Shown piece by piece: positions 41,302-55,900 of a stretch of DNA of 64,000 nt (position 1 is its first letter; the number at the start of each line of letters is the position of its first letter). The stretch is from Eledone cirrhosa (Eukaryota): positions 362,266,001-362,330,000 of the forward strand of contig OZ024741.1 in NCBI GenBank assembly GCA_964016885.1. The letters are read 5' to 3'. Below the pieces are notes generated by a model. That model did no database searches, was not told where the DNA came from, and saw nothing but the letters and a program-made list of their open reading frames with translations. Made by a program: the position numbers and the translations under genes.

Positions 41302-41486
41302 CGGTGGATTGGCAGTATCAGTAGAGGGTCGGACAATATGCTTTGTAGCACAGAGTTACGCCCCTTTCTGATCTGAGTTCAAATCCCGCCGAGGTTAACT
41401 TTGCCTTTCATCCTTACGGGGTCGATAAAATAAAGTACCAGTAATGTACTGGGTAATTGCTGGCCTTGTGCCAAAAGTAGAAACAA
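41302..41486 (+). mobile_element. SINE family A in satellite (copy 2)
   Basis: Same sequence and insertion site as copy 1. Confidence 0.93.
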
Positions 41487-44400
41487 CTATTATATATTCC
41501 TTTAAATATATTTTGTTAAACTTGCTAAGTTCTACGCAAAACTTCTAGTACCTATTTAAACTCTTAACCTCTGCTCCATCCCATCTTCTACCCCCTACCC
41601 ATACATCATGCTGGTTCCTGCCCCCCCCCCCCCCACCTCCCATGCCTCTCTATACATATAAGATAAACCCTACCAAAATTAATCACAATCGCCAACTCGC
41701 TATTTCTGGGATGGCTGTTCTTGCGGTATAAAGTAACGTTCAAATATTTTTCTCGATTCTTCTCTCCATTCGAATCCATTCATTCAATCAATATTCTATG
41801 TCCTAATTTCACACTATATCATATTTTTTCTCTAAAAATCATATTTTCCCTATCACCGCACTTTCTCTATCGTATTTTCTTAAACAAAACAAATCTTGTA
41901 TTTTCGTTTATTGTTAAATTATGCCCAAAATACGGCAATCTTATCTTAAACCTTACATTCTCGCTTAATTCTGTCATATTTTCATATTCTGTCGTATTTT
42001 CATAACAAAAACAAATCACTATTATATATTCCTTTAAATATATTTTGTTAAACTTGCTAAGTTCTACGCAAAACTTCTAGTACCTATTTAAACACTTAAC
42101 CTCTGCTCCATCCCATCTTCTACCCCCTACCCATACATCATGCTGGTTCCTGCCCCCCCCCCCATCCCTCTCTATACATATAAGATAAACCCTACCAAAA
42201 TTAATCACAATCGCCAACTCGCTATTTCTGGTTCAATCACTATTCTATGTCCTAATTTCACACTATATCATATTTTCACCATTCTATATCATTTTTTTTT
42301 TCTAAAAATCATATTTTCCCTATCACCGCATTTTCTCTATCGTATTTTCTTAAACAAGATAAATCTTGTATTTTCGTTTATTGTTAAATTATGCCCAAAA
42401 TACGGCGATCTTATCTTAAACCTTACATTCTCGCTTAATTCTGTCATATTTTCATATTCTGTCGTATTTTCATAACAAAAACAAATCACTATTATATATT
42501 CCTTTAAATATATTTTGTTAAACTTGCTAAGTTCTACGCAAAACTTCTAGTACCTATTTAAACACTTAACCTCTGCTCCATCCCATCTTCTACCCCCTAC
42601 CCATACATCATGCTGGTTACTGCCCCCCCCCCCCCCATCCCTCTCTATACATATAAGATAAACCCTACCAAAATTAATCACAATCGCCAACTCGCTATTT
42701 CTGGGATGGCTGTTCTTGCGGTATAAAGTAACGTTCAAATATTTTTCTCGATTCTTCTCTCCATTCGAATCCATTCATTCAATCACTATTCTATGTCCTA
42801 ATTTCACACTATATCATATTTTCACCATTCTATATCATATTTTTTCTCTAAAAATCATATTTTCCCTATCACCGCATTTTCTCTATCGTATTTTCTTAAA
42901 CAAAACAAATCTTGTATTTTCGTTTATTGTTAAATTATGCCCAAAATACGGCGATCTTATCTTAAACCTTACATTCTCGCTTAATTCTGTCATATTTTCA
43001 TATTCTGTCGTATTTTCATAACAAAAACAAATCACTATTATATATTCCTTTAAATATATTTTGTTAAACTTGCTAAGTTCTACGCAAAACTTCTAGTACC
43101 TATTTAAACTCTTAACCTCTGCTCCATCCCATCTTCTACCCCCTACCCATACATCATGCTGGTTCCTGCCCCCCCCCCCATCCCTCTCTATACATATAAG
43201 ATAAACCCTACCAAAATTAATCACAATCGCCAACTCGCTATTTCTGGTTCAATCACTATTCTATGTCCTAATTTCACACTATATCATATTTTCACCATTC
43301 TATATCATATTTTTTCTCTAAAAATCATATTTTCCCTATCACCGCATTTTCTCTATCGTATTTTCTTAAACAAAACAAATCTTGTATTTTCGTTTATTGT
43401 TAAATTATGCCCAAAATACGGCGATCTTATCTTAAACCTTACATTCTCGCTTAATTCTGTCATATTTTCATATTCTGTCGTATTTTCATAACAAAAACAA
43501 ATCACTATTATATATTCCTTTAAATATATTTTGTTAAACTTGCTAAGTTCTACGCAAAACTTCTAGTACCTATTTAAACTCTTAACCTGTGCTCCATCCC
43601 ATCTTCTACCCCCTACCCATACATCATGCTGGTTCCTGCCCCCCCCCCCCCCCCCCATCCCTCTCTATACATATAAGATAAACCCTACCAAAATTAATCA
43701 CAATCGCCAACTCGCTATTTCTGGGATGGCTGTTCTTGCGGTATAAAGTAACGTTCAAATATTTTTCTCGATTCTTCTCTCCATTCGAATCCATTCATTC
43801 AATCACTATTCTATGTCCTAATTTCACACTATATCATATTTTCACCATTCTATATCATATTTTTTCTCTAAAAATCATATTTTCCCTATCACAGCACTTT
43901 CTCTATCGTATTTTCTTAAACAAGATAAATCTTGTATTTTCGTTTATTGTTAAATTATGCCCAATATACGGCGATCTTATCTTAAACCTTACATTCTCGC
44001 TTAATTCTGTCATATTTTCATATTCTGTCGTATTTTCATAACAAAAACAAATCACTATTATATATTCCTTTAAATATATTTTGTTAAACTTGCTAAGTTC
44101 TACGCAAAACTTCTAGTACCTATTTAAACTCTTAACCTGTGCTCCATCCCATCTTCTACCCCCTACCCATACATCATGCTGGTTCCTGCGCCCCCCCCCC
44201 CCCCCCATCCCTCTCTATACATATAAGATAAACCCTACCAAAATTAATCACAATCGCCAACTCGCTATTTCTGGGATGGCTGTTCTTGCGGTATAAAGTA
44301 ACGTTCAAATATTTTTCTCGATTCTTCTCTCCATTCGAATCCATTCATTCAATCACTATTCGATGTCCTAATTTCACACTATATCATATTTTCACCATTC

Positions 44401-47400
44401 TATATCATATTTTTTCTCTAAAAATCATATTTTCCCTATCACCGCATTTTCTCTATCGTATTTTCTTAAACAAAACAAATCTTGTATTTTCGTTTATTGT
44501 TAAATTATGCCCAAAATACGGCGATCTTATCTTAAACCTTACATTCTCGCTTAATTCTGTCATATTTTCATATTCTGTCGTATTTTCATAACAAAAACAA
44601 ATCACTATTATATATTCCTTTAAATATATTTTGTTAAACTTGCTAAGTTCTACGCAAAACTTCTAGTACCTATTTAAACTCTTAACCTCTGCTCCATCCC
44701 ATCTTCTACCCCTTACCCATACATCATGCTGGTTCCTGCCCCCCCCCCCCCCATCCCTCTCTATACATATAAGATAAACCCTACCAAAATTAATCACAAT
44801 CGCCAACTCGCTATTTCTGGTTCAATCACTATTCTATGTCCTAATTTCACACTATATCATATTTTCACCATTCTATATCATATTTTTCCTCTAAAAATCC
44901 TATTTTCCCTATCACCGCATTTTCTCTATCGTATTTTCTTAAACAAAACAAATCTTGTATTTTCGTTTATTGTTAAATTATGCCCAAAATACGGCGATCT
45001 TATCTTAAACCTTACATTCTCGCTTAATTCTGTCATATTTTCATATTCTGTCGTATTTTCATAACAAAAACAAATCACTATTATATATTCCTTTAAATAT
45101 ATTTTGTTAAACTTGCTAAGTTCTACGCAAAACTTCTAGTATCTATTTAAACTCTTAACCTCTGCTCCATCCCATCTTCTACCCCCTACCCATACATCAT
45201 GCTGGTTCCTGCCCCCCCCCCCCCCATCCCTCTCTATACATATAAGATAAACCCTACCAAAATTAATCACAATCGCCAACTCGCTATTTCTGGGATGGCT
45301 GTTCTTGCGGTATAAAGTAACGTTCAAATATTTTTCTCGATTCTTCTCTCCATTCGAATCCATTCATTCAATCACTATTCTATGTCCTAATTTCACACTA
45401 TATCATATTTTCACCATTCTATATCATATTTTTTCTCTAAAAATCATATTTTCCCTATCACAGCACTTTCTCTATCGTATTTTCTTAAACAAGATAAATC
45501 TTGTATTTTCGTTTATTGTTAAATTATGCCCAAAATACGGCGATCTTATCTTAAACCTTACATTCTCGCTTAATTCTGTCATATTTTCATATTCTGTCGT
45601 ATTTTCATAACAAAAACAAATCACTATTATATATTCCTTTAAATATATTTTGTTAAACTTGCTAAGTTCTACGCAAAACTTCTAGTACCTATTTAAACAC
45701 TTAACCTCTGCTCCATCCCATCTTCTACCCCCTACCCATACATCATGCTGATTCCTGCCCCCCCCCCCCCATCCCTCTCTATACATATAAGATAAACCCT
45801 ACCAAAATTAATCACAATCGCCAACTCGCTATTTCTGGGATGGCTGTTCTTGCGGTATAAAGTAACGTTCAAATATTTTTCTCGATTCTTCTCTCCATTC
45901 GAATCCATTCATTCAATCACTATTCTATGTCATAATTTCACACTATATCATATTTTCACCATTCTATATCATATTTTTTCTCTAAAAATCATATTTTCCC
46001 TATCACCGCATTTTCTCTATCGTATTTTCTTAAACAAGATAAATCTTGTATTTTCGTTTATTGTTAAATTATGCCCAATATACGGCGATCTTATCTTAAA
46101 CCTTACATTCTCGCTTAATTCTGTCATATTTTCATATTCTGTCGTATTTTCATAACAAAAACAAATCACTATTATATATTCCTTTAAATATATTTTGTTA
46201 AACTTGCTAAGTTCTACGCAAAACTTCTAGTACCTATTTAAACTCTTAACCTGTGCTCCATCCCATCTTCTACCCCCTACCCATACATCATGCTGGTTCC
46301 TGCGCCCCCCCCCCCCCATCCCTCTCTATACATATAAGATAAACCCTACCAAAATTAATCACAATCGCCAACTCGCTATTTCTGGGATGGCTGTTCTTGC
46401 GGTATAAAGTAACGTTCAAATATTTTTCTCGATTCTTCTCTCCATTCGAATCCATTCATTCAATCACTATTCGATGTCCTAATTTCACACTATATCATAT
46501 TTTCACCATTCTATATCATATTTTTTCTCTAAAAATCATATTTTCCCTATCACCGCATTTTCTCTATCGTATTTTCTTAAACAAAACAAATCTTGTATTT
46601 TCGTTTATTGTTAAATTATGCCCAAAATACGGCGATCTTATCTTAAACCTTACATTCTCGCTTAATTCTGTCATATTTTCATATTCTGTCGTATTTTCAT
46701 AACAAAAACAAATCACTATTATATATTCCTTTAAATATATTTTGTTAAACTTGCTAAGTTCTACGCAAAACTTCTAGTACCTATTTAAACTCTTAACCTC
46801 TGCTCCATCCCATCTTCTACCCCTTACCCATACATCATGCTGGTTCCTGCCCCCCCCCCCCCATCCCTCTCTATACATATAAGATAAACCCTACCAAAAT
46901 TAATCACAATCGCCAACTCGCTATTTCTGGTTCAATCACTATTCTATGTCCTAATTTCACACTATATCATATTTTCACCATTCTATATCATATTTTTCCT
47001 CTAAAAATCCTATTTTCCCTATCACCGCATTTTCTCTATCGTATTTTCTTAAACAAAACAAATCTTGTATTTTCGTTTATTGTTAAATTATGCCCAAAAT
47101 ACGGCGATCTTATCTTAAACCTTACATTCTCGCTTAATTCTGTCATATTTTCATATTCTGTCGTATTTTCATAACAAAAACAAATCACTATTATATATTC
47201 CTTTAAATATATTTTGTTAAACTTGCTAAGTTCTACGCAAAACTTCTAGTATCTATTTAAACTCTTAACCTCTGCTCCATCCCATCTTCTACCCCCTACC
47301 CATACATCATGCTGGTTCCTGCCCCCCCCCCCCCCCATCCCTCTCTATACATATAAGATAAACCCTACCAAAATTAATCACAATCGCCAACTCGCTATTT

Positions 47401-49763
47401 CTGGGATGGCTGTTCTTGCGGTATAAAGTAACGTTCAAATATTTTTCTCGATTCTTCTCTCCATTCGAATCCATTCATTCAATCACTATTCTATGTCCTA
47501 ATTTCACACTATATCATATTTTCACCATTCTATATCATATTTTTTCTCTAAAAATCATATTTTCCCTATCACAGCACTTTCTCTATCGTATTTTCTTAAA
47601 CAAGATAAATCTTGTATTTTCGTTTATTGTTAAATTATGCCCAAAATACGGCGATCTTATCTTAAACCTTACATTCTCGCTTAATTCTGTCATATTTTCA
47701 TATTCTGTCGTATTTTCATAACAAAAACAAATCACTATTATATATTCCTTTAAATATATTTTGTTAAACTTGCTAAGTTCTACGCAAAACTTCTAGTACC
47801 TATTTAAACACTTAACCTCTGCTCCATCCCATCTTCTACCCCCTACCCATACATCATGCTGATTCCTGCCCCCCCCCCCCATCCCTCTCTATACATATAA
47901 GATAAACCCTACCAAAATTAATCACAATCGCCAACTCGCTATTTCTGGGATGGCTGTTCTTGCGGTATAAAGTAACGTTCAAATATTTTTCTCGATTCTT
48001 CTCTCCATTCGAATCCATTCATTCAATCACTATTCTATGTCATAATTTCACACTATATCATATTTTCACCATTCTATATCATATTTTTTCTCTAAAAATC
48101 ATATTTTCCCTATCACCGCATTTTCTCTATCGTATTTTCTTAAACAAAACAAATCTTGTATTTTCGTTTATTGTTAAATTATGCCCAAAATACGGCGATC
48201 TTATCTTAAACCTTACATTCTCGCTTAATTCTGTCATATTTTCATATTCTGTCGTATTTTCATAACAAAAACAAATCACTATTATATATTCCTTTCAATA
48301 TATTTTGTTAAACTTGCTAAGTTCTACGCAAAACTTCTAGTACCTATTTAAACTCTTAACCTCTTCTCCATCCCATCTTCTACCCCCTACCCATACATCA
48401 TGCTGGTTCCTGCCTCCCCCATCCCTCTCTATACATATAAGATAAACCCTACCAAAATTAATCACAATCGCCAACTCGCTATTTCTGGTCAATCACTATT
48501 CTATGTCCTAATTTCACACTATATCATATTTTCACCATTCTATATCATTTTTTTTCTCTAAAAATCATATTTTCCCTATCACCGCATTTTCTCTATCGTA
48601 TTTTCTTAAACAAGACAAATCTTGTATTTTCGTTTATTGTTAAATGATGCCCAAAATACGGCGATCTTATCTTAAACCTTACATTCTCGCTTAATTCTGT
48701 CATATTTTCATATTCTGTCGTATTTTCATAACAAAAACAAATCACTATTATATATTCCTTTAAATATATTTTGTTAAACTTGCTAAGTTCTACGCAAAAC
48801 TTCTAGTACCTATTTAAAGTCTTAACCTCTGCTCCATCCCATCTTCTACCCCCTACCCATACATCATGCTGGTTCCTGCGCCCCCCCCCCCCCATCCCTC
48901 TCTATACATATAAGATAAACCCTACCAAAATTAATCACAATCGCCAACTCGCTATTTCTGGGATGGCTGTTCTTGCGGTATAAAGTAACGTTCAAATATT
49001 TTTCTCGATTCTTCTCTCCATTCGAATCCATTCATTCAATCACTATTCGATGTCCTAATTTCACACTATATCATATTTTCACCATTCTATATCATATTTT
49101 TTCTCTAAAAATCATATTTTCCCTATCACCGCATTTTCTCTATCGTATTTTCTTAAACAAAACAAATCTTGTATTTTCGTTTATTGTTAAATTATGCCCA
49201 AAATACGGCGATCTTATCTTAAACCTTACATTCTCGCTTAATTCTGTCATATTTTCATATTCTGTCGTATTTTCATAACAAAAACAAATCACTATTATAT
49301 ATTCCTTTAAATATATTTTGTTAAACTTGCTAAGTTCTACGCAAAACTTCTAGTACCTATTTAAACTCTTAACCTCTGCTCCATCCCATCTTCTACCCCT
49401 TACCCATACATCATGCTGGTTCCTGCCCCCCCCCCCATCCTTCTCTATACATATAAGATAAACCCTACCAAAATTAATCACAATCGCCAACTCGCTATTT
49501 CTGGTTCAATCACTATTCTATGTCCTAATTTCACACTATATCATATTTTCACCATTCTATATCATATTTTTTCTCTAAAAATCATATTTTCCCTATCACC
49601 GCATTTTCTCTATCGTATTTTCTTAAACAAAACAAATCTTGTATTTTCGTTTATTGTTAAATTATGCCCAAAATACGGCGATCTTATCTTAAACCTTACA
49701 TTCTCGCTTAATTCTGTCATATTTTCATATTCTGTCGTATTTTCATAACAAAAACAAATCACT

Positions 49764-49948
49764 CGGTGGATTGGCAGTATCAGTAGAGGGTCGGACAATA
49801 TGCTTTGTAGCACAGAGTTACGCCCCTTTCTGATCTGAGTTCAAATCCCGCCGAGGTTAACTTTGCCTTTCATCCTTACGGGGTCGATAAAATAAAGTAC
49901 CAGTAATGTACTGGGTAATTGCTGGCCTTGTGCCAAAAGTAGAAACAA
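49764..49948 (+). mobile_element. SINE family A in satellite (copy 3)
   Basis: Same sequence and site; 8462 bp after copy 2. Confidence 0.93.
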
Positions 49949-52900
49949 CTATTATATATTCCTTTAAATATATTTTGTTAAACTTGCTAAGTTCTACGCA
50001 AAACTTCTAGTACCTATTTAAACTCTTAACCTCTGCTCCATCCCATCTTCTACCCCCTACCCATACATCATGCTGGTTCCTGCCCCCCCCCCCCCCCACC
50101 TCCCATGCCTCTCTATACATATAAGATAAACCCTACCAAAATTAATCACAATCGCCAACTCGCTATTTCTGGGATGGCTGTTCTTGCGGTATAAAGTAAC
50201 GTTCAAATATTTTTCTCGATTCTTCTCTCCATTCGAATCCATTCATTCAATCAATATTCTATGTCCTAATTTCACACTATATCATATTTTTTCTCTAAAA
50301 ATCATATTTTCCCTATCACCGCACTTTCTCTATCGTATTTTCTTAAACAAAACAAATCTTGTATTTTCGTTTATTGTTAAATTATGCCCAAAATACGGCA
50401 ATCTTATCTTAAACCTTACATTCTCGCTTAATTCTGTCATATTTTCATATTCTGTCGTATTTTCATAACAAAAACAAATCACTATTATATATTCCTTTAA
50501 ATATATTTTGTTAAACTTGCTAAGTTCTACGCAAAACTTCTAGTACCTATTTAAACACTTAACCTCTGCTCCATCCCATCTTCTACCCCCTACCCATACA
50601 TCATGCTGGTTCCTGCCCCCCCCCCCATCCCTCTCTATACATATAAGATAAACCCTACCAAAATTAATCACAATCGCCAACTCGCTATTTCTGGTTCAAT
50701 CACTATTCTATGTCCTAATTTCACACTATATCATATTTTCACCATTCTATATCATTTTTTTTTTCTAAAAATCATATTTTCCCTATCACCGCATTTTCTC
50801 TATCGTATTTTCTTAAACAAGATAAATCTTGTATTTTCGTTTATTGTTAAATTATGCCCAAAATACGGCGATCTTATCTTAAACCTTACATTCTCGCTTA
50901 ATTCTGTCATATTTTCATATTCTGTCGTATTTTCATAACAAAAACAAATCACTATTATATATTCCTTTAAATATATTTTGTTAAACTTGCTAAGTTCTAC
51001 GCAAAACTTCTAGTACCTATTTAAACACTTAACCTCTGCTCCATCCCATCTTCTACCCCCTACCCATACATCATGCTGGTTACTGCCCCCCCCCCCCATC
51101 CCTCTCTATACATATAAGATAAACCCTACCAAAATTAATCACAATCGCCAACTCGCTATTTCTGGGATGGCTGTTCTTGCGGTATAAAGTAACGTTCAAA
51201 TATTTTTCTCGATTCTTCTCTCCATTCGAATCCATTCATTCAATCACTATTCTATGTCCTAATTTCACACTATATCATATTTTCACCATTCTATATCATA
51301 TTTTTTCTCTAAAAATCATATTTTCCCTATCACCGCATTTTCTCTATCGTATTTTCTTAAACAAAACAAATCTTGTATTTTCGTTTATTGTTAAATTATG
51401 CCCAAAATACGGCGATCTTATCTTAAACCTTACATTCTCGCTTAATTCTGTCATATTTTCATATTCTGTCGTATTTTCATAACAAAAACAAATCACTATT
51501 ATATATTCCTTTAAATATATTTTGTTAAACTTGCTAAGTTCTACGCAAAACTTCTAGTACCTATTTAAACTCTTAACCTCTGCTCCATCCCATCTTCTAC
51601 CCCCTACCCATACATCATGCTGGTTCCTGCCCCCCCCCCCCATCCCTCTCTATACATATAAGATAAACCCTACCAAAATTAATCACAATCGCCAACTCGC
51701 TATTTCTGGTTCAATCACTATTCTATGTCCTAATTTCACACTATATCATATTTTCACCATTCTATATCATATTTTTTCTCTAAAAATCATATTTTCCCTA
51801 TCACCGCATTTTCTCTATCGTATTTTCTTAAACAAAACAAATCTTGTATTTTCGTTTATTGTTAAATTATGCCCAAAATACGGCGATCTTATCTTAAACC
51901 TTACATTCTCGCTTAATTCTGTCATATTTTCATATTCTGTCGTATTTTCATAACAAAAACAAATCACTATTATATATTCCTTTAAATATATTTTGTTAAA
52001 CTTGCTAAGTTCTACGCAAAACTTCTAGTACCTATTTAAACTCTTAACCTGTGCTCCATCCCATCTTCTACCCCCTACCCATACATCATGCTGGTTCCTG
52101 CCCCCCCCCCCCCCCCCCCCCCATCCCTCTCTATACATATAAGATAAACCCTACCAAAATTAATCACAATCGCCAACTCGCTATTTCTGGGATGGCTGTT
52201 CTTGCGGTATAAAGTAACGTTCAAATATTTTTCTCGATTCTTCTCTCCATTCGAATCCATTCATTCAATCACTATTCTATGTCCTAATTTCACACTATAT
52301 CATATTTTCACCATTCTATATCATATTTTTTCTCTAAAAATCATATTTTCCCTATCACAGCACTTTCTCTATCGTATTTTCTTAAACAAGATAAATCTTG
52401 TATTTTCGTTTATTGTTAAATTATGCCCAATATACGGCGATCTTATCTTAAACCTTACATTCTCGCTTAATTCTGTCATATTTTCATATTCTGTCGTATT
52501 TTCATAACAAAAACAAATCACTATTATATATTCCTTTAAATATATTTTGTTAAACTTGCTAAGTTCTACGCAAAACTTCTAGTACCTATTTAAACTCTTA
52601 ACCTGTGCTCCATCCCATCTTCTACCCCCTACCCATACATCATGCTGGTTCCTGCGCCCCCCCCCCCCCCCATCCCTCTCTATACATATAAGATAAACCC
52701 TACCAAAATTAATCACAATCGCCAACTCGCTATTTCTGGGATGGCTGTTCTTGCGGTATAAAGTAACGTTCAAATATTTTTCTCGATTCTTCTCTCCATT
52801 CGAATCCATTCATTCAATCACTATTCGATGTCCTAATTTCACACTATATCATATTTTCACCATTCTATATCATATTTTTTCTCTAAAAATCATATTTTCC

Positions 52901-55900
52901 CTATCACCGCATTTTCTCTATCGTATTTTCTTAAACAAAACAAATCTTGTATTTTCGTTTATTGTTAAATTATGCCCAAAATACGGCGATCTTATCTTAA
53001 ACCTTACATTCTCGCTTAATTCTGTCATATTTTCATATTCTGTCGTATTTTCATAACAAAAACAAATCACTATTATATATTCCTTTAAATATATTTTGTT
53101 AAACTTGCTAAGTTCTACGCAAAACTTCTAGTACCTATTTAAACTCTTAACCTCTGCTCCATCCCATCTTCTACCCCTTACCCATACATCATGCTGGTTC
53201 CTGCCCCCCCCCCCCCATCCCTCTCTATACATATAAGATAAACCCTACCAAAATTAATCACAATCGCCAACTCGCTATTTCTGGTTCAATCACTATTCTA
53301 TGTCCTAATTTCACACTATATCATATTTTCACCATTCTATATCATATTTTTCCTCTAAAAATCCTATTTTCCCTATCACCGCATTTTCTCTATCGTATTT
53401 TCTTAAACAAAACAAATCTTGTATTTTCGTTTATTGTTAAATTATGCCCAAAATACGGCGATCTTATCTTAAACCTTACATTCTCGCTTAATTCTGTCAT
53501 ATTTTCATATTCTGTCGTATTTTCATAACAAAAACAAATCACTATTATATATTCCTTTAAATATATTTTGTTAAACTTGCTAAGTTCTACGCAAAACTTC
53601 TAGTATCTATTTAAACTCTTAACCTCTGCTCCATCCCATCTTCTACCCCCTACCCATACATCATGCTGGTTCCTGCCCCCCCCCCCCCCATCCCTCTCTA
53701 TACATATAAGATAAACCCTACCAAAATTAATCACAATCGCCAACTCGCTATTTCTGGGATGGCTGTTCTTGCGGTATAAAGTAACGTTCAAATATTTTTC
53801 TCGATTCTTCTCTCCATTCGAATCCATTCATTCAATCACTATTCTATGTCCTAATTTCACACTATATCATATTTTCACCATTCTATATCATATTTTTTCT
53901 CTAAAAATCATATTTTCCCTATCACAGCACTTTCTCTATCGTATTTTCTTAAACAAGATAAATCTTGTATTTTCGTTTATTGTTAAATTATGCCCAAAAT
54001 ACGGCGATCTTATCTTAAACCTTACATTCTCGCTTAATTCTGTCATATTTTCATATTCTGTCGTATTTTCATAACAAAAACAAATCACTATTATATATTC
54101 CTTTAAATATATTTTGTTAAACTTGCTAAGTTCTACGCAAAACTTCTAGTACCTATTTAAACACTTAACCTCTGCTCCATCCCATCTTCTACCCCCTACC
54201 CATACATCATGCTGATTCCTGCCCCCCCCCCCCCATCCCTCTCTATACATATAAGATAAACCCTACCAAAATTAATCACAATCGCCAACTCGCTATTTCT
54301 GGGATGGCTGTTCTTGCGGTATAAAGTAACGTTCAAATATTTTTCTCGATTCTTCTCTCCATTCGAATCCATTCATTCAATCACTATTCTATGTCATAAT
54401 TTCACACTATATCATATTTTCACCATTCTATATCATATTTTTTCTCTAAAAATCATATTTTCCCTATCACCGCATTTTCTCTATCGTATTTTCTTAAACA
54501 AGATAAATCTTGTATTTTCGTTTATTGTTAAATTATGCCCAATATACGGCGATCTTATCTTAAACCTTACATTCTCGCTTAATTCTGTCATATTTTCATA
54601 TTCTGTCGTATTTTCATAACAAAAACAAATCACTATTATATATTCCTTTAAATATATTTTGTTAAACTTGCTAAGTTCTACGCAAAACTTCTAGTACCTA
54701 TTTAAACTCTTAACCTGTGCTCCATCCCATCTTCTACCCCCTACCCATACATCATGCTGGTTCCTGCGCCCCCCCCCCCATCCCTCTCTATACATATAAG
54801 ATAAACCCTACCAAAATTAATCACAATCGCCAACTCGCTATTTCTGGGATGGCTGTTCTTGCGGTATAAAGTAACGTTCAAATATTTTTCTCGATTCTTC
54901 TCTCCATTCGAATCCATTCATTCAATCACTATTCGATGTCCTAATTTCACACTATATCATATTTTCACCATTCTATATCATATTTTTTCTCTAAAAATCA
55001 TATTTTCCCTATCACCGCATTTTCTCTATCGTATTTTCTTAAACAAAACAAATCTTGTATTTTCGTTTATTGTTAAATTATGCCCAAAATACGGCGATCT
55101 TATCTTAAACCTTACATTCTCGCTTAATTCTGTCATATTTTCATATTCTGTCGTATTTTCATAACAAAAACAAATCACTATTATATATTCCTTTAAATAT
55201 ATTTTGTTAAACTTGCTAAGTTCTACGCAAAACTTCTAGTACCTATTTAAACTCTTAACCTCTGCTCCATCCCATCTTCTACCCCTTACCCATACATCAT
55301 GCTGGTTCCTGCCCCCCCCCCCCCATCCCTCTCTATACATATAAGATAAACCCTACCAAAATTAATCACAATCGCCAACTCGCTATTTCTGGTTCAATCA
55401 CTATTCTATGTCCTAATTTCACACTATATCATATTTTCACCATTCTATATCATATTTTTCCTCTAAAAATCCTATTTTCCCTATCACCGCATTTTCTCTA
55501 TCGTATTTTCTTAAACAAAACAAATCTTGTATTTTCGTTTATTGTTAAATTATGCCCAAAATACGGCGATCTTATCTTAAACCTTACATTCTCGCTTAAT
55601 TCTGTCATATTTTCATATTCTGTCGTATTTTCATAACAAAAACAAATCACTATTATATATTCCTTTAAATATATTTTGTTAAACTTGCTAAGTTCTACGC
55701 AAAACTTCTAGTATCTATTTAAACTCTTAACCTCTGCTCCATCCCATCTTCTACCCCCTACCCATACATCATGCTGGTTCCTGCCCCCCCCCCCCCCATC
55801 CCTCTCTATACATATAAGATAAACCCTACCAAAATTAATCACAATCGCCAACTCGCTATTTCTGGGATGGCTGTTCTTGCGGTATAAAGTAACGTTCAAA

